In this document: in pieces, positions 8,952 to 18,299 of the stretch | Position numbering within the stretch: position 1 is the first letter of the stretch | Layout of the letters: every line of letters starts with the position of its first letter | Origin: Candidatus Latescibacterota bacterium | GTDB taxonomy: Bacteria; Latescibacterota; UBA2968; GCA-2709665 | NCBI GenBank assembly: GCA_965237675.1 | Contig: OZ250150.1 | Span: 4,256,001-4,320,000 of the forward strand | Reading direction: 5' to 3' | Length of the DNA stretch: 64,000 bases | The notes under the pieces: model-generated | Told to the model about the DNA's origin: nothing | The model's database searches: none | What the model saw: only the letters and a program-made list of their open reading frames with translations | Position numbers and translations under genes: made by a program

Positions 8952-10190
8952 CTATTTCAGATAGGCGTTCTCCACCTTCTCGAGAGCGGCCACGATGTCG
9001 GACTCCTCCTGCTCCCCGTAGTTCTCATGGATCGGCATCGTAAAATGGCTCTCGGCGGCCGCCACGGCGTTGGGGCACGGGAACGTGGCATTGCGGTCGC
9101 CCCGATAGTCGGGAAGACCCCAGGGATAGTCGCTGTTTCCGAAAACCTTGCGTTCCTTGAACCAGGTTGCCTCGGACGGGATATGCCTGTAGGATACCGA
9201 GGCCGATATCCCCTCAGCCGCGAGCGCCTTGACGAAGTCGGCCTTGTCCACACTCAGTCTGGCCGTATCCAGGTGGAACCGAAGGAACCAGTACACGCAC
9301 TCGGTACCCGGCACCTGCCTTCCCATCGACACCGCCTGCAGATGTTCGATACCGTCCCGTATTGCATCTCCCGCCCTTCGCCGGTTATCCGCGATCTCCC
9401 CCAACCGGCGCAACTGGACCCGTCCGATCGCCGCGGCCAGGTCGTTCCCGTTCATATTCAGGCTCGCCCTCACGTTGGAGAGTCCGCTCCCCTCCAGATT
9501 CAAGGGCTTGCCCCGATCCGAGAAACGCTTCACCCGCCAATAAAGATCCTGATCCTTCACGAAGACCACCCCGCCCTGCGACCCGGTGGCGTGATGCTTG
9601 CCACTCATCGTCGAAAAAGTCCCCAACGCCCCCATGCCACCCACTATCCTTCCCCTGTACCTGGCGCCGTGCGCCTGCGCGCAGTCTTCGATCACGGGCA
9701 ACCCGCGCGCTTCGGCAAGCTCCAGAATCGGGTCCATGTCCGCGGGTTCACCGGCGATATGCGCAACGATGATCGCACGCGAATGCTCGGTGAGCACAGC
9801 TTCGATCTGTTCCGCGCCGGCGTTGAATGTGCCGGGGGCCGCATCCGCCACAACCGGTACCAGGTTTAAAAGCGCCACGGGCATCACCCCTCCCGGATCG
9901 GTGATCGGCGGCACCACCACTTCGCCCGGGACCTCCAGTTCGAGGGCCCCAAGCGCTGTGTACAGAGACGTCGTGCCCGAATTCACCAGGTCAGCGTACC
10001 CGCCGCCCATAAAATCCGCAAAGTCCCGCTCGTACGCGCGTTCCTCCGGCCCATCGTACCCGAACGCGTTGCCCGACCGGATACTTTCGTCGAAGAGAGC
10101 CATCACCGCCCGCTTCTCCTCGTCGCCGAAAAGACGTCGTGCGGGCATCGGCACTGTACGGATCTTCTCACCGCCATCGATCGCCAGCAT
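8952..10190 (-). CDS. DegT/DnrJ/EryC1/StrS family PLP-dependent aminotransferase
   Basis: LAIDGG start, VNSGTTSL, VIEDCAQAHGA, TFSTMSGKH; ATG 10190 with SD. Confidence 0.9.
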   Translation of the reverse strand: MLAIDGGEKIRTVPMPARRLFGDEEKRAVMALFDESIRSGNAFGYDGPEERAYERDFADFMGGGYADLVNSGTTSLYTALGALELEVPGEVVVPPITDPGGVMPVALLNLVPVVADAAPGTFNAGAEQIEAVLTEHSRAIIVAHIAGEPADMDPILELAEARGLPVIEDCAQAHGARYRGRIVGGMGALGTFSTMSGKHHATGSQGGVVFVKDQDLYWRVKRFSDRGKPLNLEGSGLSNVRASLNMNGNDLAAAIGRVQLRRLGEIADNRRRAGDAIRDGIEHLQAVSMGRQVPGTECVYWFLRFHLDTARLSVDKADFVKALAAEGISASVSYRHIPSEATWFKERKVFGNSDYPWGLPDYRGDRNATFPCPNAVAAAESHFTMPIHENYGEQEESDIVAALEKVENAYLK

Positions 10191-10212
10191 ACCTCTTGCC
10201 TCCTGAAGTTTG

Positions 10213-11073
10213 TTAAGATATGGGGCCGGCAAAGGCTGTCCACAATTCATCGATGCCGTTGCCCATCGCCCGTGCATCCGGAAAACATCGATAGACCATC
10301 CGCGTATGTGCCACCATCTCGGCGCCCGCCGCCAGATCCCGGCCATAGCACCAGTCGTGCGCGGTATCCCATCCGTGGTACTGTCCGGTCAGGTATGTTG
10401 TGAGAACGGGGTCGCATAGAAACACCAGCGTGAACCCGTTTGAGGAATTTCGGGCAGCCAAAATGGGCACGCTGAAGTCCCGGTCTTCCAGATCCCGATG
10501 CAACCCCTTGTTTGGATCACCGAAACGTCCATCCTGAAGCATTTCGCGCGACAGCTCGTCTCTGACAACGCCGAACGTCCGATTGATTTCCACCCGGTTG
10601 TTCAGCCTTGTCCAGGTTCGAGACCCGTCGGCATTGGCTAAAGGCGCCCAGGTCTCATTGAAAACCTCGGCAATGTACGAGGCGAAAAAGATCTCAAAGC
10701 GTTGAATATCCACCGACGGGCGGATTGTCATCTCCAGGTCCACCGCGTCGCCGTGCGGCCGATATACGAGATCCATCTCCAACCCGAAATCCGGCTCCGC
10801 CGGGAAGTGGATGGCCACCCCTTCCTGCGAAAACTCGTGCGACACCTTCCTCGCCAGGGAGAGCCGTCGTGGGTACATCACCATCCCCGAACCCGGCCTG
10901 AGATAATATTCAGCATTCAAGAATGCCTTATAATGCCGAACCACCCCCACCCTGTAGTCTCGATGCATCAACCCGCAGATGCCGTGGTAATTCATATAGG
11001 GTTGAATACCGCCCATAATGTCGCCGGTATCGAACTCGTAACATTGAGACAGGTCGCTCCAGGCAATCTGCAC
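10213..11073 (-). CDS. Hypothetical protein (beta-rich, possibly a galactose-mutarotase-like fold)
   Basis: 286-aa ORF, GGAGG SD before GTG, lies in operon with the aminotransferase. Confidence 0.65.
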   Translation of the reverse strand: MQIAWSDLSQCYEFDTGDIMGGIQPYMNYHGICGLMHRDYRVGVVRHYKAFLNAEYYLRPGSGMVMYPRRLSLARKVSHEFSQEGVAIHFPAEPDFGLEMDLVYRPHGDAVDLEMTIRPSVDIQRFEIFFASYIAEVFNETWAPLANADGSRTWTRLNNRVEINRTFGVVRDELSREMLQDGRFGDPNKGLHRDLEDRDFSVPILAARNSSNGFTLVFLCDPVLTTYLTGQYHGWDTAHDWCYGRDLAAGAEMVAHTRMVYRCFPDARAMGNGIDELWTAFAGPIS

Positions 11074-11129
11074 AACCGTCCTCCGAAAAATCGCGTCGCT
11101 GTCCGGCCGGTCGATCTCGCCGGGCGCCG

Positions 11130-11363
11130 TTAACGGTACTCCCGGCCAAACTGGCGCCCGATCGAGGTGCCTTTTCGCAACCGGCCGCCTCTCCGCCCGG
11201 CGTCCAATTCAAGGGTCTCGACCAAAAAATCCCGGGCCCGGATCTCATTCTCCGACCCGGCCAGGCGCGCCCCGATGTCGTCCGCCAGAACCAGTAGATT
11301 CTGATGCGCTTCTGACGACCTGAAAATCTCCTCCAACACGCGCTTTTCGATCTCGTGGCTCAT
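11130..11363 (-). pseudogene. Truncated N-terminus of an M28 family (carboxypeptidase Q-like) peptidase
   Basis: NLLVLADDIGARLAGSENEIRARDFL is the typical M28 N-terminal helix motif; similarity ends after about 52 aa. Confidence 0.65.
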
Positions 11364-11580
11364 CGTCCCTCCGATAGCATCCGGGCACATATAGTAAAGC
11401 CGGCCTTCCTGAATGGGTCGTACCTTCGTGCGCCTTTAGCCCGCAAGATAATATCCTGGGGGGGCAACGCAACCGGATTCTGGACACGCGAAAAGCGCGA
11501 GAATGGAATTCCCGCGCCAAAACGTAGTGAAACCCCACAGGCAGCACGTGGGAAGGAGGCGAAATCAGGCGCCCTTGTAC

Positions 11581-12267
11581 TTACTCTTTCGTAATTGCCG
11601 TATCCGCCGCGGCCTCCAGATCCAGCTTCAGCGGCCCCGACGTATCTCGCTTCGCATCGATCAGAACCGGCGCTGCTGGAGGTGTAACGGAAGGGGCAGC
11701 CGCACCCACATCGATGTCCGGACCCGTACTGTCCGCTGCCGCCGACTCCGGCTTCCTACCCCAGAAGTCCGGCGTTGCATTCAGATAGTAGGTGATGTTG
11801 TTATCGGTCAGATATACCGCTTCTTCGGACGCCAGACGCACATAATTCTTGCTCCAATCCCGCCTGGACTGGCCAAACACAAAGGCGGCAAGTTCCGTTC
11901 CTCCGGCGTTCCTGACGGACAACCGGATGCCGGCTGAATCGTCCACCGAATACACGTCCCAACGATCCGTGCGCCTGGTCATCAGGGTTGTGCGCTCGAC
12001 CGTCAATACCTTGTCGAGCAGATTGTCAACCGGCGCTTCTCGAACCTCCAGGGAATCGTGGCCCACGATGCGCCAAACCTCGCCGTCGAGACGCAGTTCA
12101 ACGCGTTCTCTACTGCGTTCGATTACAACCTGCTGCACATCGCCCCGGCTTCCTTCAAAAATCGGCTTGCCCGCAGCCGTATATCTGGTCTTCGAAATCT
12201 GAACGTATGCGACACCGGCGACGAGCGCCAGAATCACGACCAGCCATATCCTCACCCGTTTAGCCAT
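11581..12267 (-). CDS. DUF4340-like membrane-anchored protein
   Basis: N-terminal TM segment, NYVRLASEEAVYL motif, last gene of a GldA/F/G-like operon. Confidence 0.75.
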   Translation of the reverse strand: MAKRVRIWLVVILALVAGVAYVQISKTRYTAAGKPIFEGSRGDVQQVVIERSRERVELRLDGEVWRIVGHDSLEVREAPVDNLLDKVLTVERTTLMTRRTDRWDVYSVDDSAGIRLSVRNAGGTELAAFVFGQSRRDWSKNYVRLASEEAVYLTDNNITYYLNATPDFWGRKPESAAADSTGPDIDVGAAAPSVTPPAAPVLIDAKRDTSGPLKLDLEAAADTAITKE

Positions 12268-13762
12268 ATTGCTCCTCCAACATCCTTGCACGGCCCGCTT
12301 CCCGCCGCCATCGCAGCAGACCGTAGGCAACGATCAGAACCGGCGGCAGCAATACATTCAACCATTTCCAACGCGCCTTCTCCGTGTCGTCGAGTTCCAT
12401 CAAAGGCCGCGTCGTAATTTCCCGGGAGCGGAGTGCTACGAGGTCGCTATCCCCCATAAGAAAATCGACGATATTCGCGATAAAGATGTAATTCTCCTGA
12501 AAACTACCCCCGGATTCGTCATCGAATAACCCGGAATCACCCACCAGAACCACCTGGCTCATTCCCTGTGCGCCTTCCCGCTGGGCCAACGCACCCACGA
12601 CCTTCCCCGTTTGATTCAGCGTATTGAAGAACGGATTGTCCATAGGCCGAAGATTGAAGAATCCGGTCATGATTCCGGACCGGTCCGACGTATACATCAG
12701 CGGCGTGGTCTGCGTAACATCCGCAACCGAATCAGCCACGGCAATCTCGCTGCTGAAAAGCAGGCGCACCTGCTCGAGCCCGTCCACCGTCAGGTGCTTG
12801 CCAAAACGGTGTATCACCGGAAAAAACGGATACTGTATCTGCGAACTCATCTGAAGAAATCCGTGTCGTTGGCTTATCGTAATCGCGCTGCATCGCTGAT
12901 CCAGCACAAGATTTTCTTTCACCCGCAAACCCGATGTATCCAGAAAGTCAAATAGATTCGACTGTACTGCCGTGCCTCGCTGACCCTGCAAGTCGCCGGT
13001 CACACGCCCCTGCCCTATAAACAGATTTCCGCCCCGGTTCGCAAACGCCTCAAGGTTTTTGAGCTCATCTTCACTTAACGAATCCGTCACCCCGCTGATC
13101 ATCAACAGGCCGATATCGTCGGGAACGGGGGAAGCCAGCCTGATGTTTCGAACGAGGTACGACTGTTGGAGCACGGTGGATATATTCCGAACCCGGGGCG
13201 GCTGGGCGCCGATGATCGCAAAAGCGACCGCCTGCTTCTCCGTATCCAGCAGTTTTTTGATCTGTGTGGTGATTTCGTACTCCAGGCCGGTTGTGCTCTC
13301 AATCACGGGAATCACCTCCCGTCCGTCCCCGTAAAGAAACACCATTCCCATGTAGACCCGCTTCACTTCCAGCTTGTCGTTTTCAACCACCTGGAGTTGC
13401 ACCGGTTGAATTCCGTATTTCCGCGCTTCGTCCGCCAGCGTCTGATCTTCTTCGGGCCGGAAAAACTCGAACCGCACGCGCCCCCCGCCGAACGCTTCGT
13501 ATTCTTCCAGTATATCCTGCAGGTAGCGCCGGTTGTTGCCGTACTGACCCGGCAGATTATTGGTAAAGTAGACCTTCATCGTCAATAGATCTTCCACCTT
13601 GTCCACCACCCGTTTACTGGAATCGGAAAGCGAATAAATCCCGTTCGCCGTCAGGTCCAGCCGAAAAAACAAATCTCTGGACACAAAGTTCACGGCCGCG
13701 ACGATGACGACCGCCAGTAGCAGATAGGTGGTGAACGACCGTCTATTGTTAACCGCAAACAT
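12260..13762 (-). CDS. GldG-like ABC transporter auxiliary component
   Basis: RLDLTANGIYSLSDSS, LEYEITTQI, N- and C-terminal TM segments, ALRSREITTRPL. Confidence 0.85.
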   Translation of the reverse strand: MFAVNNRRSFTTYLLLAVVIVAAVNFVSRDLFFRLDLTANGIYSLSDSSKRVVDKVEDLLTMKVYFTNNLPGQYGNNRRYLQDILEEYEAFGGGRVRFEFFRPEEDQTLADEARKYGIQPVQLQVVENDKLEVKRVYMGMVFLYGDGREVIPVIESTTGLEYEITTQIKKLLDTEKQAVAFAIIGAQPPRVRNISTVLQQSYLVRNIRLASPVPDDIGLLMISGVTDSLSEDELKNLEAFANRGGNLFIGQGRVTGDLQGQRGTAVQSNLFDFLDTSGLRVKENLVLDQRCSAITISQRHGFLQMSSQIQYPFFPVIHRFGKHLTVDGLEQVRLLFSSEIAVADSVADVTQTTPLMYTSDRSGIMTGFFNLRPMDNPFFNTLNQTGKVVGALAQREGAQGMSQVVLVGDSGLFDDESGGSFQENYIFIANIVDFLMGDSDLVALRSREITTRPLMELDDTEKARWKWLNVLLPPVLIVAYGLLRWRREAGRARMLEEQYG

Positions 13763-13765
13763 CGA

Positions 13766-14479
13766 CTACCTCCACTTTCTCATCTCCAGGACCCGCAGGG
13801 TGAGCGCCAGAAACAGCCAGATCATCCCTGCGAAATAGATAAGATTCCTGGAATCCACGACGCCCCGTGCAATATTTGACAGGTGGAAGTCCACACTCAT
13901 GTATTGGGCAATCGCCGCCAACCCCGCAGGCACGAAAAGCAGCAGCTTGTCCAACAGGAAAAACACCATGATAATTGCGATCGCGACAATCAATGAAACC
14001 ACCTGGTTCTCCGTCAGGCTGCTCGCAAACGTCCCCACGGCCGCGTAAAACGCGCCAACAAGAACCAGGCCCACATATCCTGTAATCGCCGCCCCGATAT
14101 CCACGTGAGTGCCCACGGCCAGTAGCGTCAGAAAATGCACCAGCGTAAACAGAAGACCCGCCACGATCAGACTCACCGCAGCCAGGTATTTGCCCGCAAC
14201 AAATTCAACATCCTCAATGGGCATGGTAGATAATACTTCCATGGTTCCCAGGTTCTTCTCCTTCGCGATCAGTCCCATGGAAATGGCTGGCACGAAAAAT
14301 AGGTAGACCAGCGGTACGATGTTAAAAAGTGCCCGCATATCGGACTGACCGATAAGGAAGAATGTGCTCGTAAAGAAGTACCCGCTCAATACCGCGAAAA
14401 TCACGAGAAAAATGTAGGCCATAGGGCTATTGAAATAGGAGCGCAGTTCTTTCAGATAAATCGCCTTCGCATTACGCAT
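13766..14479 (-). CDS. GldF-like ABC-2 permease
   Basis: KELRSYFNSPMAY, EKNLGTMEVL, ARGVVDSRNLIYF. Confidence 0.9.
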   Translation of the reverse strand: MRNAKAIYLKELRSYFNSPMAYIFLVIFAVLSGYFFTSTFFLIGQSDMRALFNIVPLVYLFFVPAISMGLIAKEKNLGTMEVLSTMPIEDVEFVAGKYLAAVSLIVAGLLFTLVHFLTLLAVGTHVDIGAAITGYVGLVLVGAFYAAVGTFASSLTENQVVSLIVAIAIIMVFFLLDKLLLFVPAGLAAIAQYMSVDFHLSNIARGVVDSRNLIYFAGMIWLFLALTLRVLEMRKWR

Positions 14480-15416
14480 GGGACGACCCCTCCCCGGTGA
14501 GATTCCTGAATACGTCCTCCAGCTGAACTCGTGCCTGGCTCATTTCCAGAATCACCCATCCATTGTCTTTGGCATAATGAAAAATCCGCTCTCGGGGATC
14601 CGTGCCGCGCTCGTATTCCAGAAAGAGCGTGCGAGACCCATTGTTTTCCGCCATGCCCGTAAGCCCTACACCCGGTAACTGTTCGGGCAGCCCCTGAACG
14701 CTCTCGTCTTCAGCCTGTCTGACCTCCAACGTCATCTGGGTCTGTCCCCTGAAACTGGACATCAACTCCTCCCGCAGGCCATCCGCTACGATTTTTCCGT
14801 TGTGAATGATGATGATTCGGTCCACCGTCGCCTCGATTTCATGCAGGATGTGGCTGGACATGATCAGTGTCTTTTTACGCCCGAGAGACCGGATCAACTC
14901 GCGGATTTCTACAATCTGGTTGGGATCCAGCCCCGTCACGGGTTCGTCCAGAATCAGAATATCCGGATCGTGCAGCATGGCCGTTGCCAGGCCAATACGC
15001 TGTTTATACCCTTTTGAACATTCCTGCACCGCCCGGTGAACCACGCCGGCAAGCCCGCACTGCTCGACCACCCTCTCCAACGCCTGCCTGAACGCCCGCC
15101 CCTCCATGCGTCGAATGGTCGCAATAAATGAAAGCAGATCGTAGACGATCATCTCTCCGTACAACGGATTCAATTCGGGCAGATACCCGATGCGCTTGCG
15201 GATCTCCAGGGAATCGTCCACAATGTTCATGTCGTCCACGAAGACATCGCCGGCCGTAGCCGAAAGATACCCCGTCATTACCTTTAGCGTCGTTGACTTC
15301 CCGGCCCCGTTCTCGCCCAGAAATCCCAGGATCTCTCCGTCGTTGACCTGGAAACTGATATCCCGAACGGCCCGGACGTCACCGTAATTCTTGACAAGAT
15401 TTTCGACCCGGATCAT
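14472..15416 (-). CDS. GldA-like ABC transporter ATP-binding protein
   Basis: GENGAGKSTT, SKGYKQRIGLA, LILDEPVTGLDPNQ. Confidence 0.92.
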   Translation of the reverse strand: MIRVENLVKNYGDVRAVRDISFQVNDGEILGFLGENGAGKSTTLKVMTGYLSATAGDVFVDDMNIVDDSLEIRKRIGYLPELNPLYGEMIVYDLLSFIATIRRMEGRAFRQALERVVEQCGLAGVVHRAVQECSKGYKQRIGLATAMLHDPDILILDEPVTGLDPNQIVEIRELIRSLGRKKTLIMSSHILHEIEATVDRIIIIHNGKIVADGLREELMSSFRGQTQMTLEVRQAEDESVQGLPEQLPGVGLTGMAENNGSRTLFLEYERGTDPRERIFHYAKDNGWVILEMSQARVQLEDVFRNLTGEGSSHA

Positions 15417-15636
15417 GCACGGCCCTCCTCCAAACCATGGTGCCCAGAAAGACTCTGAGCGCATTGAAGTTCAACCGGAAAATTAAAAAAAAAAGGCGGA
15501 CCCTGTCAAGTCCCAACTTCGAAAAAATCCCGCCGGTCCGTATCGCCGGCCCTGTACGTGGGGATGCCCGGCTCGCCGAAACGCATCCCGGGGGCCACCG
15601 GCGCGGCGCCAAATGGGTTCCTGAGCCTGATTTTTC

Positions 15637-15665
15637 TTGACACGATAATACAAATCCTGTATTTT
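15637..15665 (+). promoter_or_regulatory. sigma70-type promoter of the ilvN-leu operon
   Basis: TTGACA (15637-15642), 17 bp spacer, TATTTT (15660-15665). Confidence 0.6.
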
Positions 15666-15714
15666 TCTTACTTTAAGATGCAGGACGGTCGGATCCTAAT
15701 CGGAGAGTGCGACG

Positions 15715-15873
15715 ATGAATCCCAAAGTATTGTCTTACCCGCCGGCATCCTCCGGCGCCTGCCCCTTCCCGGTCCCGCACCCACCCATTGCGGCCACCGT
15801 CGCACATACGGATATTTTTGTCCTCCCTGCATCCTCAAGCCTCTTATTGTCCGCCATCCTTCTGGACAATTAG
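15715..15873 (+). CDS. Putative leucine-sensing leader peptide, 52 aa (ends ...IFVLPASSSLLLSAILLDN)
   Basis: GGAG SD, ATG 15715, TAG 15871-15873; Leu codons CTC TTA TTG ... CTT CTG clustered before the stop; lies in the ilvN-leu leader. Confidence 0.55.
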   Translation: MNPKVLSYPPASSGACPFPVPHPPIAATVAHTDIFVLPASSSLLLSAILLDN

Positions 15874-16000
15874 ACGTACAAAAGAGGCTCTCTCCCACGT
15901 CGCATCCCCTGAAAAATCAAGAAATGCCAAACCCGGACTGAGCCTCTCGGGCAATCGCCAGGTCGGTGCCCTGTCATATCCTTGCCAAAGGGAATGAGCA

Positions 16001-16513
16001 ATGCAAAAAAAACACACCATTTCCGCGTTGGTCGAAAACCACTTCGGTGTCCTGTGCCGCATTTCAGGCCTTTTTTCCAGCCGGGGGTTCAACATCGACA
16101 GCCTCTCGGTTGGAGAAACCGAAGACGCCACGACGTCCCGCATGACCATTGTGGCGAGAGGCGACGATCGTGTGCTGGAACAGGTGGTCAAACAACTCAA
16201 CCGACTCGTGGACGTCATCCGGGTCATTGACATCACTCAAGGTGAATTTGTAGAACGCGAACTGGCGCTCATCAATGTAAAGACCCGAACCGCCACACGT
16301 TCCGAGATCATCCAGATTGCCGAAATATTCCGGGCCGGCGTTGTGGATGTCAGTACCTACTCGATGACCATCGAAGTCACCGGAAAAGAAGACAAAATCG
16401 CAGCCATGATCAACATGCTGCGGGACTACGGGATCAACGAAATCGCCCGGACCGGCACGGTCGCACTTCTACGCGACTCCCAGATGAAGAAAGACGCTGA
16501 CGAAGAGAATTAG
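16001..16513 (+). CDS. ilvN: Acetolactate synthase small regulatory subunit
   Basis: HTISALVENHFGVLCRISGLFSSRGFNIDSL, ERELALI, EIARTG. Confidence 0.95.
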   Translation: MQKKHTISALVENHFGVLCRISGLFSSRGFNIDSLSVGETEDATTSRMTIVARGDDRVLEQVVKQLNRLVDVIRVIDITQGEFVERELALINVKTRTATRSEIIQIAEIFRAGVVDVSTYSMTIEVTGKEDKIAAMINMLRDYGINEIARTGTVALLRDSQMKKDADEEN

Positions 16514-16682
16514 CCTGGCGCCCTGCCAATCGTTCAACTTAGGGTACGACGGAACGGACTCCCCTCGCATCTCGATTTGGAAAATCGCGAACCCAGCCGG
16601 ATACAGAGGGCGGAACCGCAAGGTCGGAGGGTTACTTCGGCCGCCAAATGCCTGCTCCTGACGAAGGAGGCGATAACACTCC

Positions 16683-18227
16683 ATGGACGATCGAGACCGT
16701 GTCGTCGTCTTCGACACCACATTGCGCGATGCCGAACAGACACCCGGCGCGAAACTTTCGGTACGCGAGAAAATCGAAATCGCGCATCAACTCGGCAGGC
16801 TGAACGTAGACGTCATTGAAGCCGGCTTCCCTATCTCCTCTGCCGAGGACTTCGAAGCGGTACGGCGAATCGGACAGGAAGTTGAAGGCCCGACCGTGTG
16901 CGGCCTCGCCAGGGCCATGACCAAAGACATCGACCGGGCCGGCGAAGCGCTCAGCGGTGCAGCCAGACCCAGAATCCACACCTTCATCGGCACGTCACCG
17001 AACCATATCACCATGGTCGGTAAGTCCGCCGACGAAGTACTCGGCATGGCCGTGCATGCCGTCGAGAGGGCCAGGGGACATGTCGACGACGTGGAATTCT
17101 CGCCCATGGACGCTGCCCGAACCGATCCGAGCTACCTCTATGCCGTTATAGAGGCCACGATCGAAGCCGGCGCCTCCACGGTCAATATTCCCGATACCGT
17201 GGGTTATGCGGTGCCCGAACAGTTCGGCGGCCTCATCCGCAACATCCGGGAAAATGTTTCCAATATAGACCAGGCCGTGATCAGCGTGCATTGTCACGAC
17301 GACCTCGGGATGGCGGTCATCAACAGTCTCACAGCCATCCTGAACGGCGCACGGCAGGCGGAATGTACCGTCAATGGCCTGGGCGAACGGGCCGGCAACG
17401 CCTCGCTCGAAGAAATTGTGATGGCAATCCGCACACGGGGTGATTATTACAGGCTATATACGAATATAGACTCAAAGGAAATCTGCCCGACAAGCCGGCT
17501 GGTGAGCCGGCTGATGGGCATTCCCGTTGCCCCCAACAAAGCCATTGTGGGCGCCAACGCCTTCGCGCACAGTTCCGGCATACACCAGGACGGAGTCTTG
17601 AAGAACCGTTCGAATTTTGAAATCATCGACCCGAAAGATGTGGGGCTCGAAGCCACGAGCATCGTGCTCACCGCAAGGTCGGGACGGCACGCCCTGCGGC
17701 ACCGTCTGGAAGAACTGGGATATCAACTTGAGCAGAACGACCTGAACAAGGCGTACGAACGATTCCTTAAGGTGGCCGACAAGAAAAAAGAGGTGTACGA
17801 CGAAGACCTGATGGCCATTGTGGAGGACGAGATCCGGGATATCCCCGAGAAATACCAACTCCTGTACATGCACACCACCAGCGGCACCGGCACGATCCCC
17901 TCGGCCACCGTGCGGATTTGCATCCAGGGCGAAAGGGAAATCCAGGAGTCCGCCTGGGGAGACGGTCCCGTCGACGCCACGTACAAAGCCATTGCGCAGG
18001 CCACCGCGACGGACGTCCAGGTCGACGAATACCACATCCGTTCCGTTACCCACGGCGCCGAAGCGATGGGAGAAGTAACCGTTAAGGTCACCCACGAGGG
18101 TGACGGCGCCACGGGGCGGGGCGCATCGACGGATATCATCGAGGCCAGTGCAAAAGCTTACATCGATGCCCTGAACCATCTGGCCGTGCGCGCGGGCGTC
18201 CGCCGGCATCGAACAGAAGCGGTATAG
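16683..18227 (+). CDS. leuA: 2-isopropylmalate synthase
   Basis: FDTTLRDAEQ, HCHDDLG, GERAGNA, HSSGIHQDG, C-terminal GDGPVDA regulatory domain. Confidence 0.95.
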   Translation: MDDRDRVVVFDTTLRDAEQTPGAKLSVREKIEIAHQLGRLNVDVIEAGFPISSAEDFEAVRRIGQEVEGPTVCGLARAMTKDIDRAGEALSGAARPRIHTFIGTSPNHITMVGKSADEVLGMAVHAVERARGHVDDVEFSPMDAARTDPSYLYAVIEATIEAGASTVNIPDTVGYAVPEQFGGLIRNIRENVSNIDQAVISVHCHDDLGMAVINSLTAILNGARQAECTVNGLGERAGNASLEEIVMAIRTRGDYYRLYTNIDSKEICPTSRLVSRLMGIPVAPNKAIVGANAFAHSSGIHQDGVLKNRSNFEIIDPKDVGLEATSIVLTARSGRHALRHRLEELGYQLEQNDLNKAYERFLKVADKKKEVYDEDLMAIVEDEIRDIPEKYQLLYMHTTSGTGTIPSATVRICIQGEREIQESAWGDGPVDATYKAIAQATATDVQVDEYHIRSVTHGAEAMGEVTVKVTHEGDGATGRGASTDIIEASAKAYIDALNHLAVRAGVRRHRTEAV

Positions 18228-18299
18228 GCCCGGGGTTCCGAGCGACCAGACGACGAATCCCGTCTCCGAATCCGAATTCTCCGGAGGTTGAAACCACCC

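Noticed and set aside
16605-16620. T-box-like sequence GAGGGCGGAACCGC before leuA
   Set aside because: It has CGGA instead of the essential TGGN bulge and no recognisable stem I; reported instead as a generic structured element
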